64,000 nucleotides of DNA from an uncultured delta proteobacterium (GTDB lineage: Bacteria; Myxococcota_A; Polyangia; Polyangiales; Polyangiaceae): NCBI GenBank assembly GCA_963716725.1, contig CAVQUB010000027.1:1-64000 (forward strand), written 5' to 3'. The notes beneath the pieces are model-generated. The model did no database searches, was not told where the DNA came from, and was given only the letters and a program-made list of their open reading frames with translations. Position numbers and translations under genes: made by a program. Positions 42,227-51,056 of this stretch are shown here, one piece after another (positions within the stretch are counted from its first letter, which is position 1; every line of letters starts with the position of its first letter).

Positions 42227-42341
42227 GAGGCCGCCTCGCAGGCGGCCTCGACGCAAACACACAGGTGTCGTGGGAGGACTACCGCGAGCGCGCTCCTCGG
42301 AGCGCGTCGGCGAAACGCGTATCGCGTACGGGATGGGACAT
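42227..42341 (-). promoter_or_regulatory. Leader peptide 2 (42341-42279, MSHPVRDTRFADALRGARSR) plus terminator-like hairpin (42227-42249)
   Basis: 20-codon ORF; 10-bp stem GAGGCCGCCT/AGGCGGCCTC; stop region GCGG-TAGT-CCTC is complementary to the 5' arm. Confidence 0.55.
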
Positions 42342-42440
42342 GAGTTGGTATTCAGACGGATGAGGGTGGAAGAATGTTTCCGGGTTTCTTTCGAGCGACG
42401 AAACCGGGGCCTTTAGTGGGCAAATTGCCCCAAATGCAGA

Positions 42441-42557
42441 ACGGCCGCTCGGGTCACGAGCGGCCGTCGCATGCCTCGGGCAACGCGACCGCTAGGTGGT
42501 TCCGCCGTCGGAGCCGCGCTCGCGGCGGGACGGATCGGTGAAACCTGCGGTCAACAT
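42441..42557 (-). promoter_or_regulatory. Leader peptide 1 (42557-42492, MLTAGFTDPSRRERGSDGGTT) plus terminator-like hairpin (42441-42467)
   Basis: 21-codon ORF; 11-bp stem ACGGCCGCTCG/CGAGCGGCCGT followed by TCTGCATTT; stop-overlapping AGCGGTCG is complementary to the 5' arm. Confidence 0.55.
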
Positions 42558-42567
42558 GACGGGCGCA

Positions 42568-43063
42568 CTAGTGCCGCGCGGCCGAAGTTCGAGTGGATTC
42601 GCCCCTGAGACCTGCGCTCATTTGGGCTCTCACAGGAAGGGCGGAAGAGCGGAAGGATTTGGGGTGGTCAGGCGTTAGCCTCCGCAGGCCATTTCTGAGC
42701 GCGGTCACGTTGAAGTTGACGAGCAGGCCGACGGGCAACCGCGAAAGGCGCAGATAGGTGATGACCTGCGCTTCGTAAATCGGGAGCAGCCGCTCCACCG
42801 CCTTGAACTCCAGGAGGATACGATCTGGAAGCGACCAGGTCGAGGCGATAGGCGCAGTCAAGGTGTACGCCTTTGTAGCGGATTGGTAGCGGTCGCTGCC
42901 GCTCGAACTTGAGCCGTCGTTCGGACAGCTCGGCAGATAGACAGGCCTCATATGCGGATTCCATCAGCCCTGGACCGAGATGCCGATGCACCTCGATCAG
43001 CGCACCGATCACCTCGTCCGTCCCATCCCCAAATCTTCCGAGCTTTCGCCCTTCCTGTGCCAT
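42568..43063 (-). CDS. GxxExxY protein (PD-(D/E)XK-like), frameshift near 42825
   Basis: IGALIEVHRHLGPGLMESAY and YRLDLV, then in the next frame LEFKAVE..EAQVITYLRLS..GLLVNFN. Confidence 0.88.
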
Positions 43064-43633
43064 CCCCGTGTGGTCGGGCCTCACTCCGAAACAGTTGCGG
43101 CTTTCTTCGCAGAAAGTGAGGGGATTTTTCTGGGTTCGGCCCACGACTTGGGGCGGTACGACCAGCGAAAGGGTCGGTCGGTCTGCAGATACCACGCGAC
43201 GTACGCGTCGATCCTCGCCGCGAGGTCGTCGGTGCTTCTACTCGAGCCGCTACGGTGTCCGAGAGAGAGAGGGCGGCCGTCCCGAGCGCGGGGCGTCCGC
43301 CAGTCTCTCGCTAGGTGCCGCGCAGTCGAAGCGCTTGCGCCAGTCGTCCACCGTGCGCACGTGCACCCCGAGGAGCCGGGCGATGTCCGTCGCAGGCACT
43401 CCGTCCGCCATCATCAACACGGCCTGCGCCCGACGAACCAGCCGCTGCTCCGCCCTGGCGGGTCGCAACGCCTCCTCGATCCGCGCGCGCTCTTCAGCCC
43501 TCAGCGCGAGCGGAACCGTCGGACGACCACCGTGCGCTCGACCCGCGAACGCGCTGTAGTCGATCATGTCACCCCACTACACCGACGACACGCACACGGA
43601 AAAGAAACCAGCGAAACTTCTGCCGCGCGGCAC
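42571..43633 (-). mobile_element. Non-autonomous, internally deleted IS630-family element
   Basis: Terminal IRs GTGCCGCGCGGC(C/A)GAAGTT (18/19 match); TA at 42569-70 and 43634-35 from a CTAG target; transposase N- and C-terminal remnants inside. Confidence 0.85.
43081..43567 (-). pseudogene. IS630 transposase remnant: HTH N-terminus joined to extreme C-terminus, DDE core missing
   Basis: RRAQAVL..IARLLGV..TV..WRKRF..LADAPRSGRP (43567-43250); GS..STDDLAARIDAYV..PFRWSY (43257-43081). Confidence 0.8.
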
Positions 43634-43657
43634 TAGTAGGCGCGGCCAAGCCCCTTG

Positions 43658-44347
43658 TCAAGTGCCGGGAGGCTGCGCCGGTCGGCGTGCATGCAGACCG
43701 AGCGGCACCTCGAGCTCATCGGCGAGACTCTCGAGGAAGGAACGGAGAAACTCGACTCGACGTTCGGCTTCGCGCCGACCACCCTCGGTGGTCATGGTCG
43801 CTGGCAGGTCGAGCAGCTTCGTGAAGAAGTGATCGACCGAGTACTTGGCGTCGTCGAGCGCACGCTCGACGCCCCACGGGTCGCTCGGATGAAAGTAGCG
43901 CGCATTCATGCGCGCACCCGTCGAAATGCAGCGCATGAGCCCGAGCGCGCCGAGGGCCTCGAGGCGATCGGCGTCTTGAAGAGCACGGCCGAGGAGCGTG
44001 CTCGGCGTCGCGCCGCGGCTGAAGCTATGGTCGCGGATCGCTTCGGCAACCAGGTCGGTTTCGTCGGGGGAAAAGCCATGCTCGGGGAGCCACTCACGCG
44101 CCACGGCCGCCGAGCGCTCGCTGGCCTGACTCCGCTCCGGCGAGTCCTTCGGCAGATTGACGATGTCGTGCAAGAGCGCTGCCGCGAGCGCCACTCGCAC
44201 CGGGACGTCGTCGCCGCTCAGGCGCAGCGTCCAGCGCGCGACCCGCAAGGCGTGCTGAAGATCGTGCCCGGGATCGTCGCCGAGGCCGGCTCGGGCTTGG
44301 GCTATCAGCCCGGGCAGCTCGCGCTCGGCCAAGGTCTGTAGGTTCAT
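43658..44347 (-). CDS. HD domain phosphohydrolase
   Basis: GHDLQHALRV, ALLHD, HSFS and QDADRLEALGA motifs. Confidence 0.9.
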   Translation of the reverse strand: MNLQTLAERELPGLIAQARAGLGDDPGHDLQHALRVARWTLRLSGDDVPVRVALAAALLHDIVNLPKDSPERSQASERSAAVAREWLPEHGFSPDETDLVAEAIRDHSFSRGATPSTLLGRALQDADRLEALGALGLMRCISTGARMNARYFHPSDPWGVERALDDAKYSVDHFFTKLLDLPATMTTEGGRREAERRVEFLRSFLESLADELEVPLGLHARRPAQPPGT

Positions 44348-45021
44348 GACTCGCCCGTCTCAGCCCGGGAAAATGGCCGCATCCGTCGCCCATCGAAGCG
44401 GTAGTAGCGCGCTCGACGATGACGCACGCCGGTCTCGCGGTCGTCCAGCGGCACCAACGCCGGCCAAGAAAGCACACGCTTGCGGAAGTTCCGCTTGTCG
44501 AGCGCCTCACCGAGCACCGCGAGATGCAGCGCTTGCAGCTCACGCAACGTGAACCTGACCGGCAAGAGCTCTTGCCCGAAGGGCAGTCGCTCAGCGCGCG
44601 CGCGGACGCGCGCCAACGCGCGTTCGAGGGCCTCTGCGTGATCGAACGCGAGTTCCCTCGCCTTCTTCAGCGGCACCCACTCCGCTCGCCGCGCGTCGTC
44701 CCCCGCAGCGGGAACCTGCTCGGACATTCGCACCAGGGCGAGGTGTGCGACGCTGACCACCCAACCGCGAGGATCCCGCCCGGGCTGACTGAAGGTGTGC
44801 AGCTGCTCGACCGCGACCTCGGTGAGCCCAGTCTCTTCCGCGAGCTCGCGGGCGGCCGCCTGTTCGACGCTCTCGCCCGAATCGACGAAGCCACCAGGCA
44901 AGGCCCATTTCCCTGCGAACGGCTCATTGCCGCGTTGGATCAACAGCACGCGGAGCCCGTCGCCATCGAAGGCGATGGCCACGACGTCCGCGGCGAGCGA
45001 GGGCCGCGGGGTGTCACTCAC
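44344..45021 (-). CDS. nrtR: NUDIX hydrolase with wHTH, NrtR-like regulator
   Basis: WALPGGF..ES...AA.REL.EETG, RDPRG, LAFDH and DKRNFRK motifs; follows nadE. Confidence 0.8.
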   Translation of the reverse strand: MSDTPRPSLAADVVAIAFDGDGLRVLLIQRGNEPFAGKWALPGGFVDSGESVEQAAARELAEETGLTEVAVEQLHTFSQPGRDPRGWVVSVAHLALVRMSEQVPAAGDDARRAEWVPLKKARELAFDHAEALERALARVRARAERLPFGQELLPVRFTLRELQALHLAVLGEALDKRNFRKRVLSWPALVPLDDRETGVRHRRARYYRFDGRRMRPFSRAETGES

Positions 45022-47011
45022 GACCCTTGCCCACCTTCGCGACGAGCTGGGCCAGCTCACGCTCGAAGCCGCCGCTCAAGATCGGGAACCGGCACCACGT
45101 CTTGGGGTCGAGGCTCTCGTCGTCCAAGTGGAAGCTTGGGGCGTAGCGCTCGCGTTTCCACTGGTTGCGGCTGAAGAGCCGGAAGAAGCGCACGACCCAA
45201 GTCAGCAGCTGCTGAGTTTCGTAGCCCGGAAATTCGGCCCTCATTAGCTCCCAAACGTCGAGCGGCGAGCGCTTGTCGCGGATCGCGGCGCGCTCGATGG
45301 CGTCCAGCAACACGTAGGGCATCAGATCACCCTCGTCGGTCTGCCCCGCCGCCGTGGGGCGGAGCTCGGCGGTCGGCTCTTGCTGGTTGATGGCGGCGAG
45401 GGCCGGGATGGGCCCGAAGCCCTCGGGACCCGTGGTCTCTAACCAGTGCAGCCACTGTCGAAGGTACGCTTTGTCGATTCCGGCAATGGGGCTGAGACCG
45501 CCGGCGGTGTCGCCGTCCATGGTGGCGTAGCCGACCGCAGCCTCCGACCGATTGCTCGTCGCCAGCAGCAACGCGCCGCCCAGGTTCGCCAGGAGCCAGA
45601 CGCTGGGCGCGCGAACCCGCGCCTGGATGTTCTGCAGCGCAATGTCGTCCTGCTCCCAGGTCAAAGGTCGCGAGAGCGCCCCTTCGGCGAGCTTCACGTA
45701 GCCTTCTACCATCGCATCGACATCGAGCTCGAAGTGGCGCGCTCCGATGGCTTCCGCGACGCTTCGGGCCGCGTTCTTCGTGACCGCTCCGCTGTTGCGC
45801 GTCGCTTGGTAGGCGGTGGTGAGGAGCAGGCGGACGAGATCTCGCTCGTCTCGACACTCGGCCACGCCCTCGACGTAGGCGAGGCGCTCGCGAACGCCGT
45901 CGAGGCCGAGCTCACGGAGCGCGAAGCGCACTGCCATCGAAACCAGACAGGCGACCGCGGCGGAGTCCGCACCGCCGGAGAGCGACACGACGAAGCCCCG
46001 GGACCGGCTCTTGCGCAGGTAGTCGAAGAGGGCCAGAGACTCCGCGCGGACGAACTCCTCCTCTTTCAGCGAGTCCCCAGCTTCCCAGGCGGGCTCCTCC
46101 AGTCGCGCCGGCTCGATCCGAGCCGGTGGATACTCGTGATCGACGCCGACGCACTCGCCGGCCTCGGCTTCCACCTGCGGCTGAAAGCTCGACAGCCATC
46201 CGTGGCGGGTGCGTGTCAGCTCGACGTCGATGGTCGCGAAGATCATGCTCGAGGTCGCGAAGGAAAAGCGCGGTGAGGCGGCCACCAGGCGGCCCCCCGA
46301 CGCGATCAGCGCGTCCCCGTCGTAGATGGCGCGACCGGCCTCGTTGCCGACGAGATTGGAGTAGACGTAGGTGACGCCGAAGGCCCTCGAGCCCTCGAGC
46401 ACGAGGCGGCGACGTACTTCCTTCTTTCCGAAGGCAAAGTGGCTCGCCGAGGGGTTGAGGATCACGTCCACCGCGTCCAGCGACAGCTCCGCTCCGGGCC
46501 GCTGGGCGATCCAGGCGTCTTCGCAGATCTCGAAGCCGATCTTGATCCCCCCGCAATCGAAATGCACATCGCCGATGGGCACGTCGCGGCCGGCGACCTT
46601 CGTCGTGCCGCGCTCGCCCCGCGGCCAAGGCTTGAACCAGCGCGGCTCGTAGTGGATGCCGTCGCCCGCCAAGGCGCGCTTGGCAGCGAATCCGAGCAGC
46701 TTCGCGTCGGCGACCAGCGCACAGGTGTTGAACACGGCCTTGTTGTGCAAGAGCGGCAGCCCGAAGCTCACCACCAGGCCGCGGGTGTGTTCGATGATCT
46801 CTCCGAGCAACTCCAGGCTCGTCGCGAGGACGCCCGGCGACAAGAACATGTCCTCACAGCCGTAACCCGAGACACAGAGCTCGGGCAGGCACAGGATCCC
46901 AACGCCCGACTCTCGGGCCCGGTCGAGGGCGGACACGATGTTCCGTCGGTTGCCGTCCCAGTCGAGCGGGGTCTGATTCAGGGTGGCAGCGGCGACTTTG
47001 ACCAGGCGCAT
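45014..47011 (-). CDS. nadE: Glutamine-dependent NAD+ synthetase
   Basis: Nitrilase-fold PEL/K/EICED triad; SLSGGADS, QNIQAR, TSNRSE and PTAEL motifs. Confidence 0.95.
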   Translation of the reverse strand: MRLVKVAAATLNQTPLDWDGNRRNIVSALDRARESGVGILCLPELCVSGYGCEDMFLSPGVLATSLELLGEIIEHTRGLVVSFGLPLLHNKAVFNTCALVADAKLLGFAAKRALAGDGIHYEPRWFKPWPRGERGTTKVAGRDVPIGDVHFDCGGIKIGFEICEDAWIAQRPGAELSLDAVDVILNPSASHFAFGKKEVRRRLVLEGSRAFGVTYVYSNLVGNEAGRAIYDGDALIASGGRLVAASPRFSFATSSMIFATIDVELTRTRHGWLSSFQPQVEAEAGECVGVDHEYPPARIEPARLEEPAWEAGDSLKEEEFVRAESLALFDYLRKSRSRGFVVSLSGGADSAAVACLVSMAVRFALRELGLDGVRERLAYVEGVAECRDERDLVRLLLTTAYQATRNSGAVTKNAARSVAEAIGARHFELDVDAMVEGYVKLAEGALSRPLTWEQDDIALQNIQARVRAPSVWLLANLGGALLLATSNRSEAAVGYATMDGDTAGGLSPIAGIDKAYLRQWLHWLETTGPEGFGPIPALAAINQQEPTAELRPTAAGQTDEGDLMPYVLLDAIERAAIRDKRSPLDVWELMRAEFPGYETQQLLTWVVRFFRLFSRNQWKRERYAPSFHLDDESLDPKTWCRFPILSGGFERELAQLVAKVGKGRE

Positions 47012-47071
47012 TTCGAGGCCCCCATCGTCGCCCTTCCGGCGGGGCTGTCAAGCTGGCAGGCTCGGGCCGTC

Positions 47072-47896
47072 ATGTCTGCTCAGACCGACGAACGCACACT
47101 GCTCGAGGCCGCACGGAACGGCGACGAGGCTGCGCTCACCGAGCTCATCAATCGCTACTCGCCGAACGTGTACCGCTTCGGCATGAAGATGTGCCGCCAC
47201 GAGCAAGACGCCGAGGAGGTCCTGCAAGACACGCTGCTGGCCGCCGCCAAGAACCTGGGCGACTTCCGAGGCCAGAGCTCGCTGTCGACCTGGCTCTACA
47301 CCATCGCGCGAAGCTACTGCATCAAGCGCCGGCGCAAGCGCGTCGACGAACCGAGCAGCCTCGAGCCGCTGCACCAGCTCCGCGCCGAGGGCGTGCCGCA
47401 GCTCATCGACCTACGAGGCCCGGAGGAGGCGGCCGCGTCCCGAGAGATCGAAGCCGCGCTCGAACACGCCATCGACGAGCTCGACCCGATCTACCGCGAG
47501 GTATTGATCCTGCGCGATCTGGAGGGGCTCACTGCGCCGGAGGTCGCAAAAATCCTGGAGCTCAGCGTGGAAGCCGTGAAGAGCCGGCTGCACCGCGCTC
47601 GCGCCCAGGTCCGCGAGCGTATCGCCCCGCTCTTCTCGGCCGAGGCAGAGCTCCCGCCCCTCGCGAGTTGCCCGGACGTCGTCGAGCTCTTGTCGCGCCA
47701 CATGGAAGACGACGTGAGCCCGGAACTCTGCCACGAAATGGAGCAACACGTCGCGGCCTGCCCGCGCTGCGCGGCTCGCTGCGACTCGCTCAGGCGCGCC
47801 CTGGCGCTGTGCCAAGCCAGTCCCGCTCCAGAGGTCCCCGACGAGATCAAGCAGCTGGTCGCCCGGCAAATGCGGGCCGCGCTCGGGCAGCTCTGA
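47072..47896 (+). CDS. ECF sigma-70 factor with fused C-terminal zf-HC2 domain
   Basis: DAEEVLQDT, STWLYTIAR and AVKSRLHRAR motifs; tail HVAACPRC. Confidence 0.88.
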   Translation: MSAQTDERTLLEAARNGDEAALTELINRYSPNVYRFGMKMCRHEQDAEEVLQDTLLAAAKNLGDFRGQSSLSTWLYTIARSYCIKRRRKRVDEPSSLEPLHQLRAEGVPQLIDLRGPEEAAASREIEAALEHAIDELDPIYREVLILRDLEGLTAPEVAKILELSVEAVKSRLHRARAQVRERIAPLFSAEAELPPLASCPDVVELLSRHMEDDVSPELCHEMEQHVAACPRCAARCDSLRRALALCQASPAPEVPDEIKQLVARQMRAALGQL

Positions 47897-47957
47897 CCGA
47901 CGGCTCGTTGACCCAGAGCCCGGACAGTTGCAGGCTCGCTTCGAAGGAACCTAGATC

Positions 47958-48401
47958 GTGTCTCGCACTCTCTTCGCTCTCTTGGTCGCTGGCCTCCTGG
48001 CCACTTCGTGCAAGGACAAACCAGCGCCCACGGACGCCCCGCCGAAGCAGAGGACCAAGGAAGAGTTTCTGCAAGTCCTGGACAAGAATCGCGACGAGTA
48101 CCTCCGCTGCGAGAAGCTCCTCGAGAAGTCACGCGCTTCGATCGAAGGCCACCAGCACGCGGACCACGACTCGGGCCACGCTGTGGATGGTGGACGCGGG
48201 GACGCTTCGACGGGCGACGCGGCGATCGGCGCGGATGCGGCTCCCGAGGCCGGCGCCCGTCCGGCTCTGACCATCGGTCTCGAGTACGGCGAGTGCAGCC
48301 GGGAGTACTGGAAGAAAGTGAAGAGCGAGGTCGGGCCCTACGACCAAGCCAAGGCCGATGAGTGGTACTCGGAGTGGCGCAAGGGCGTGAAGGTCGAGTG
48401 A
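47958..48401 (+). CDS. Lipoprotein, hypothetical
   Basis: LATSC lipobox; coding-like codon bias. Confidence 0.6.
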   Translation: MSRTLFALLVAGLLATSCKDKPAPTDAPPKQRTKEEFLQVLDKNRDEYLRCEKLLEKSRASIEGHQHADHDSGHAVDGGRGDASTGDAAIGADAAPEAGARPALTIGLEYGECSREYWKKVKSEVGPYDQAKADEWYSEWRKGVKVE

Positions 48402-48545
48402 CGCAGCATGCCATTCATTCGTGTCGGTGGCGTGGAGCTCCACCACCAAGACACGCTCGGGGGTGAGCGTCGCCCGCTTCCCGTGAAGCCCGCGACCCGC
48501 CGTGCGCCGATCTCTGACGGCGATGTGAGCTATGCTCGCCTCCGC

Positions 48546-51049
48546 ATGCGCGCGCGGCTCATCGTCCCCTTCGTCACGCTGGCGGCCCTGGGTTGTTCCG
48601 ATGGAGAAGAGGGCGACGGCCGCTCGGGACCAAGATCGGTCACGCTGATCGCGGGAGAGACCAGCGTCAGTATCGATACCGCCCGGGGCTCCATCGAGCT
48701 TCGGCGGGGCGACCAGTCGGTTCTGACCTTGCCCGCCGACGCTTTCGTGCTCGGCAGCGTGACGGAGGTCGACGACCTCGCGAACTACGATCCCGCGCCG
48801 CTCTTGGCAGACGATCCCACCGTTCAGGTGCCGGAGGGCCTGACCTGGCATCGGGGTGCGCGATTCTCCATCTCGAAGAGCTCGGAGACCGCCGTCACGC
48901 TGCTAGTGAACCACACCGGCGGGCGTTCCTCCGAGGTCGAGCTCTCAGTCGCCGCCGACGACCGAATCGCGGCCAAGCTGCGCCCCATTGAAGCGAAGCG
49001 CATCGCCTATCTCGGTCTCGACGTGAAGACCGGCGCCGACGAGGCCTTCTATGGTCTGGGGGAATACTTCGACAGCGTCAACCATCGCGGCAAGCTGCGC
49101 GCGATGCAGCTGGAGGCCACCGGCGCCCTCGAGAGCTCCAACAACGAAGCGCACGTCCCCATCCCCTTCGTGACCGGCACCCGCGGCTTCGGCCTCTTCG
49201 TCGAGAACCCGTATCCGGCCGTCTTCGACGTCGCCAAGGCAAATCCAGAGCGTATCGCGGCGACCTTCGGCACCGGGCTCGCGAGCAAAGACGGACTCGT
49301 CTTCCACCTGTTTTCGGCAGCCCACCCCCTGGACATCACCCGGCACTACTACGACGTGACTGGGCTTCCACGCTTGCCCGCCCGTTGGGGCCTCGGGCCG
49401 CTGGTGTGGCGAGACGAAAACGATGACCAGGCCCAGTTCGAGGCGGATCTCAGCGCGATGCGCGGTCTTGATCTCGCGACCAGCGCCGTGTGGATCGATC
49501 GCCCCTACGCCACGGGCGTCAACACCTTCGATTTCGACGCGAAGAAATTCCCCGATCCGAAGGCGATGCTCGCCAAGGCCCACGCGCTGGGCTTTCGCGT
49601 GTCGCTCTGGCACACGCCCTACCTGGACGAGAAGGACCCGAGCACCCAGGCCCTGCGCGAGGTAGCGACGAGCAAGGGCTACTACCCGAAAGAGCGGGGG
49701 CTGCTGCTCAACAAGTGGGGCACGCCTGTCGATCTGACCAACCCCGACGCCTTCGCGTGGTGGCAGAGCCTGATCCAGAAGTACGTCGACATGGGCATCG
49801 AGGGTTTCAAGCTCGACTACGGCGAGGACATCGTCCCGGGCATCTTCGGCGCGCGCAACGTCTGGAAGTTCGCCGACGGCAGCGACGAGCGCACGATGCA
49901 CGCACGCTACCAGCTCCTCTATCACTCGGCCTATGCCCAGCTCTGGAAGACGAAGGCCACTTCCTGCTCTGTCGCGGCGGCACCTACGGTGATCAGACAA
50001 ACGTCTCGGTGATCTGGCCGGGCGATCTCGACGCGAGCTTCGCCAAGCACGGCGAGACAGATCACCGTCGACGGCAAGAAGTACTCGGCCGTGGGCGGCT
50101 TGCCGGCGGCGCTGATCGCCGGGCTCTCGCTCGGGCCCTCCGGTTTCCCGTTCTACGGCTCCGACACCGGGGGCTACCGTCATTCGCCGCCGGACAAGGA
50201 ACTGTTCACGCGCTGGTTCCAGAGCACTGCGCTGTCCACCGTGATGCAGATCGGCACCAGCACCAACGACGTCGCCTGGGAGCCGACCCCGAAGAACGGC
50301 TTCGATCAGGAGATGCTCGGTTGGTACCGGAGCTACACCCGGCTGCACCTCCGGCTCTTCCCGTACATCTGGACCTACGCCAAGCGGTTGAAGACGGACG
50401 GGCGCCCGATCCAGCGCGCGCTCGGCCTCGCGCACCCCGAGCTGGGGGAACACCCGGACGACACTTTCTTGCTCGGAGACTCGCTGCTCGTCGCGCCCAG
50501 TCGTGGAGCGCGGCAAGACCACCCGTGACGTGGTGCTCCCGGCGGAGAGTGGCTCGACTGGTGGACTGGCCAGTCGCACACGGGCGAGCAAGACCCTGAC
50601 CGTCGCCGCGCCGCTCGGACGTGCTGCCGCTGTTCCTGAAGAAGGGCGGCATCGTGCCCATGCTCCGGCCCACCATCGACACGCTCAGCCCGACCACGGA
50701 CCCTGGCGTGGACTCGTACGCGACTGCGCCGGGCGTGCTTTGGGCCCGCATCGCGCCTGGTTTGACCAGCAAGTTCACTCTCTTCGACGGAGCCGAGCTC
50801 GAACAAGAAGAAGCTGCGGGGACGATCCGGCTGGCAAAGAAGGACGGCAGCGAGCTGAAGTACGGCGTCGTCTTCGAGGTCGTCGGGCTCGGCCAGCCGC
50901 CCTCCGCCGTGACCGCTGGCGGCGCGGCGCTGAAGGCCGTCGGCTCGGCCGCGGAGCTCGAAGCGGAACCCGCGGGCTGGACCTTCCAGGCCGGAGTGCT
51001 CTTGATCAAGGTCCCGAGCGGCGACCAGACCGTGATAGTGACGAGCTGA
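48546..51049 (+). CDS. Glycoside hydrolase family 31 lipoprotein, several frameshifts in 49940-50630
   Basis: FYGLGE, WIDRPY, GFKLDYGE, WPGD, GSDTGGY, RWFQ and PLFLKKGGIVP motifs across successive frames. Confidence 0.85.
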
Positions 51050-51056
51050 GTTCCCG

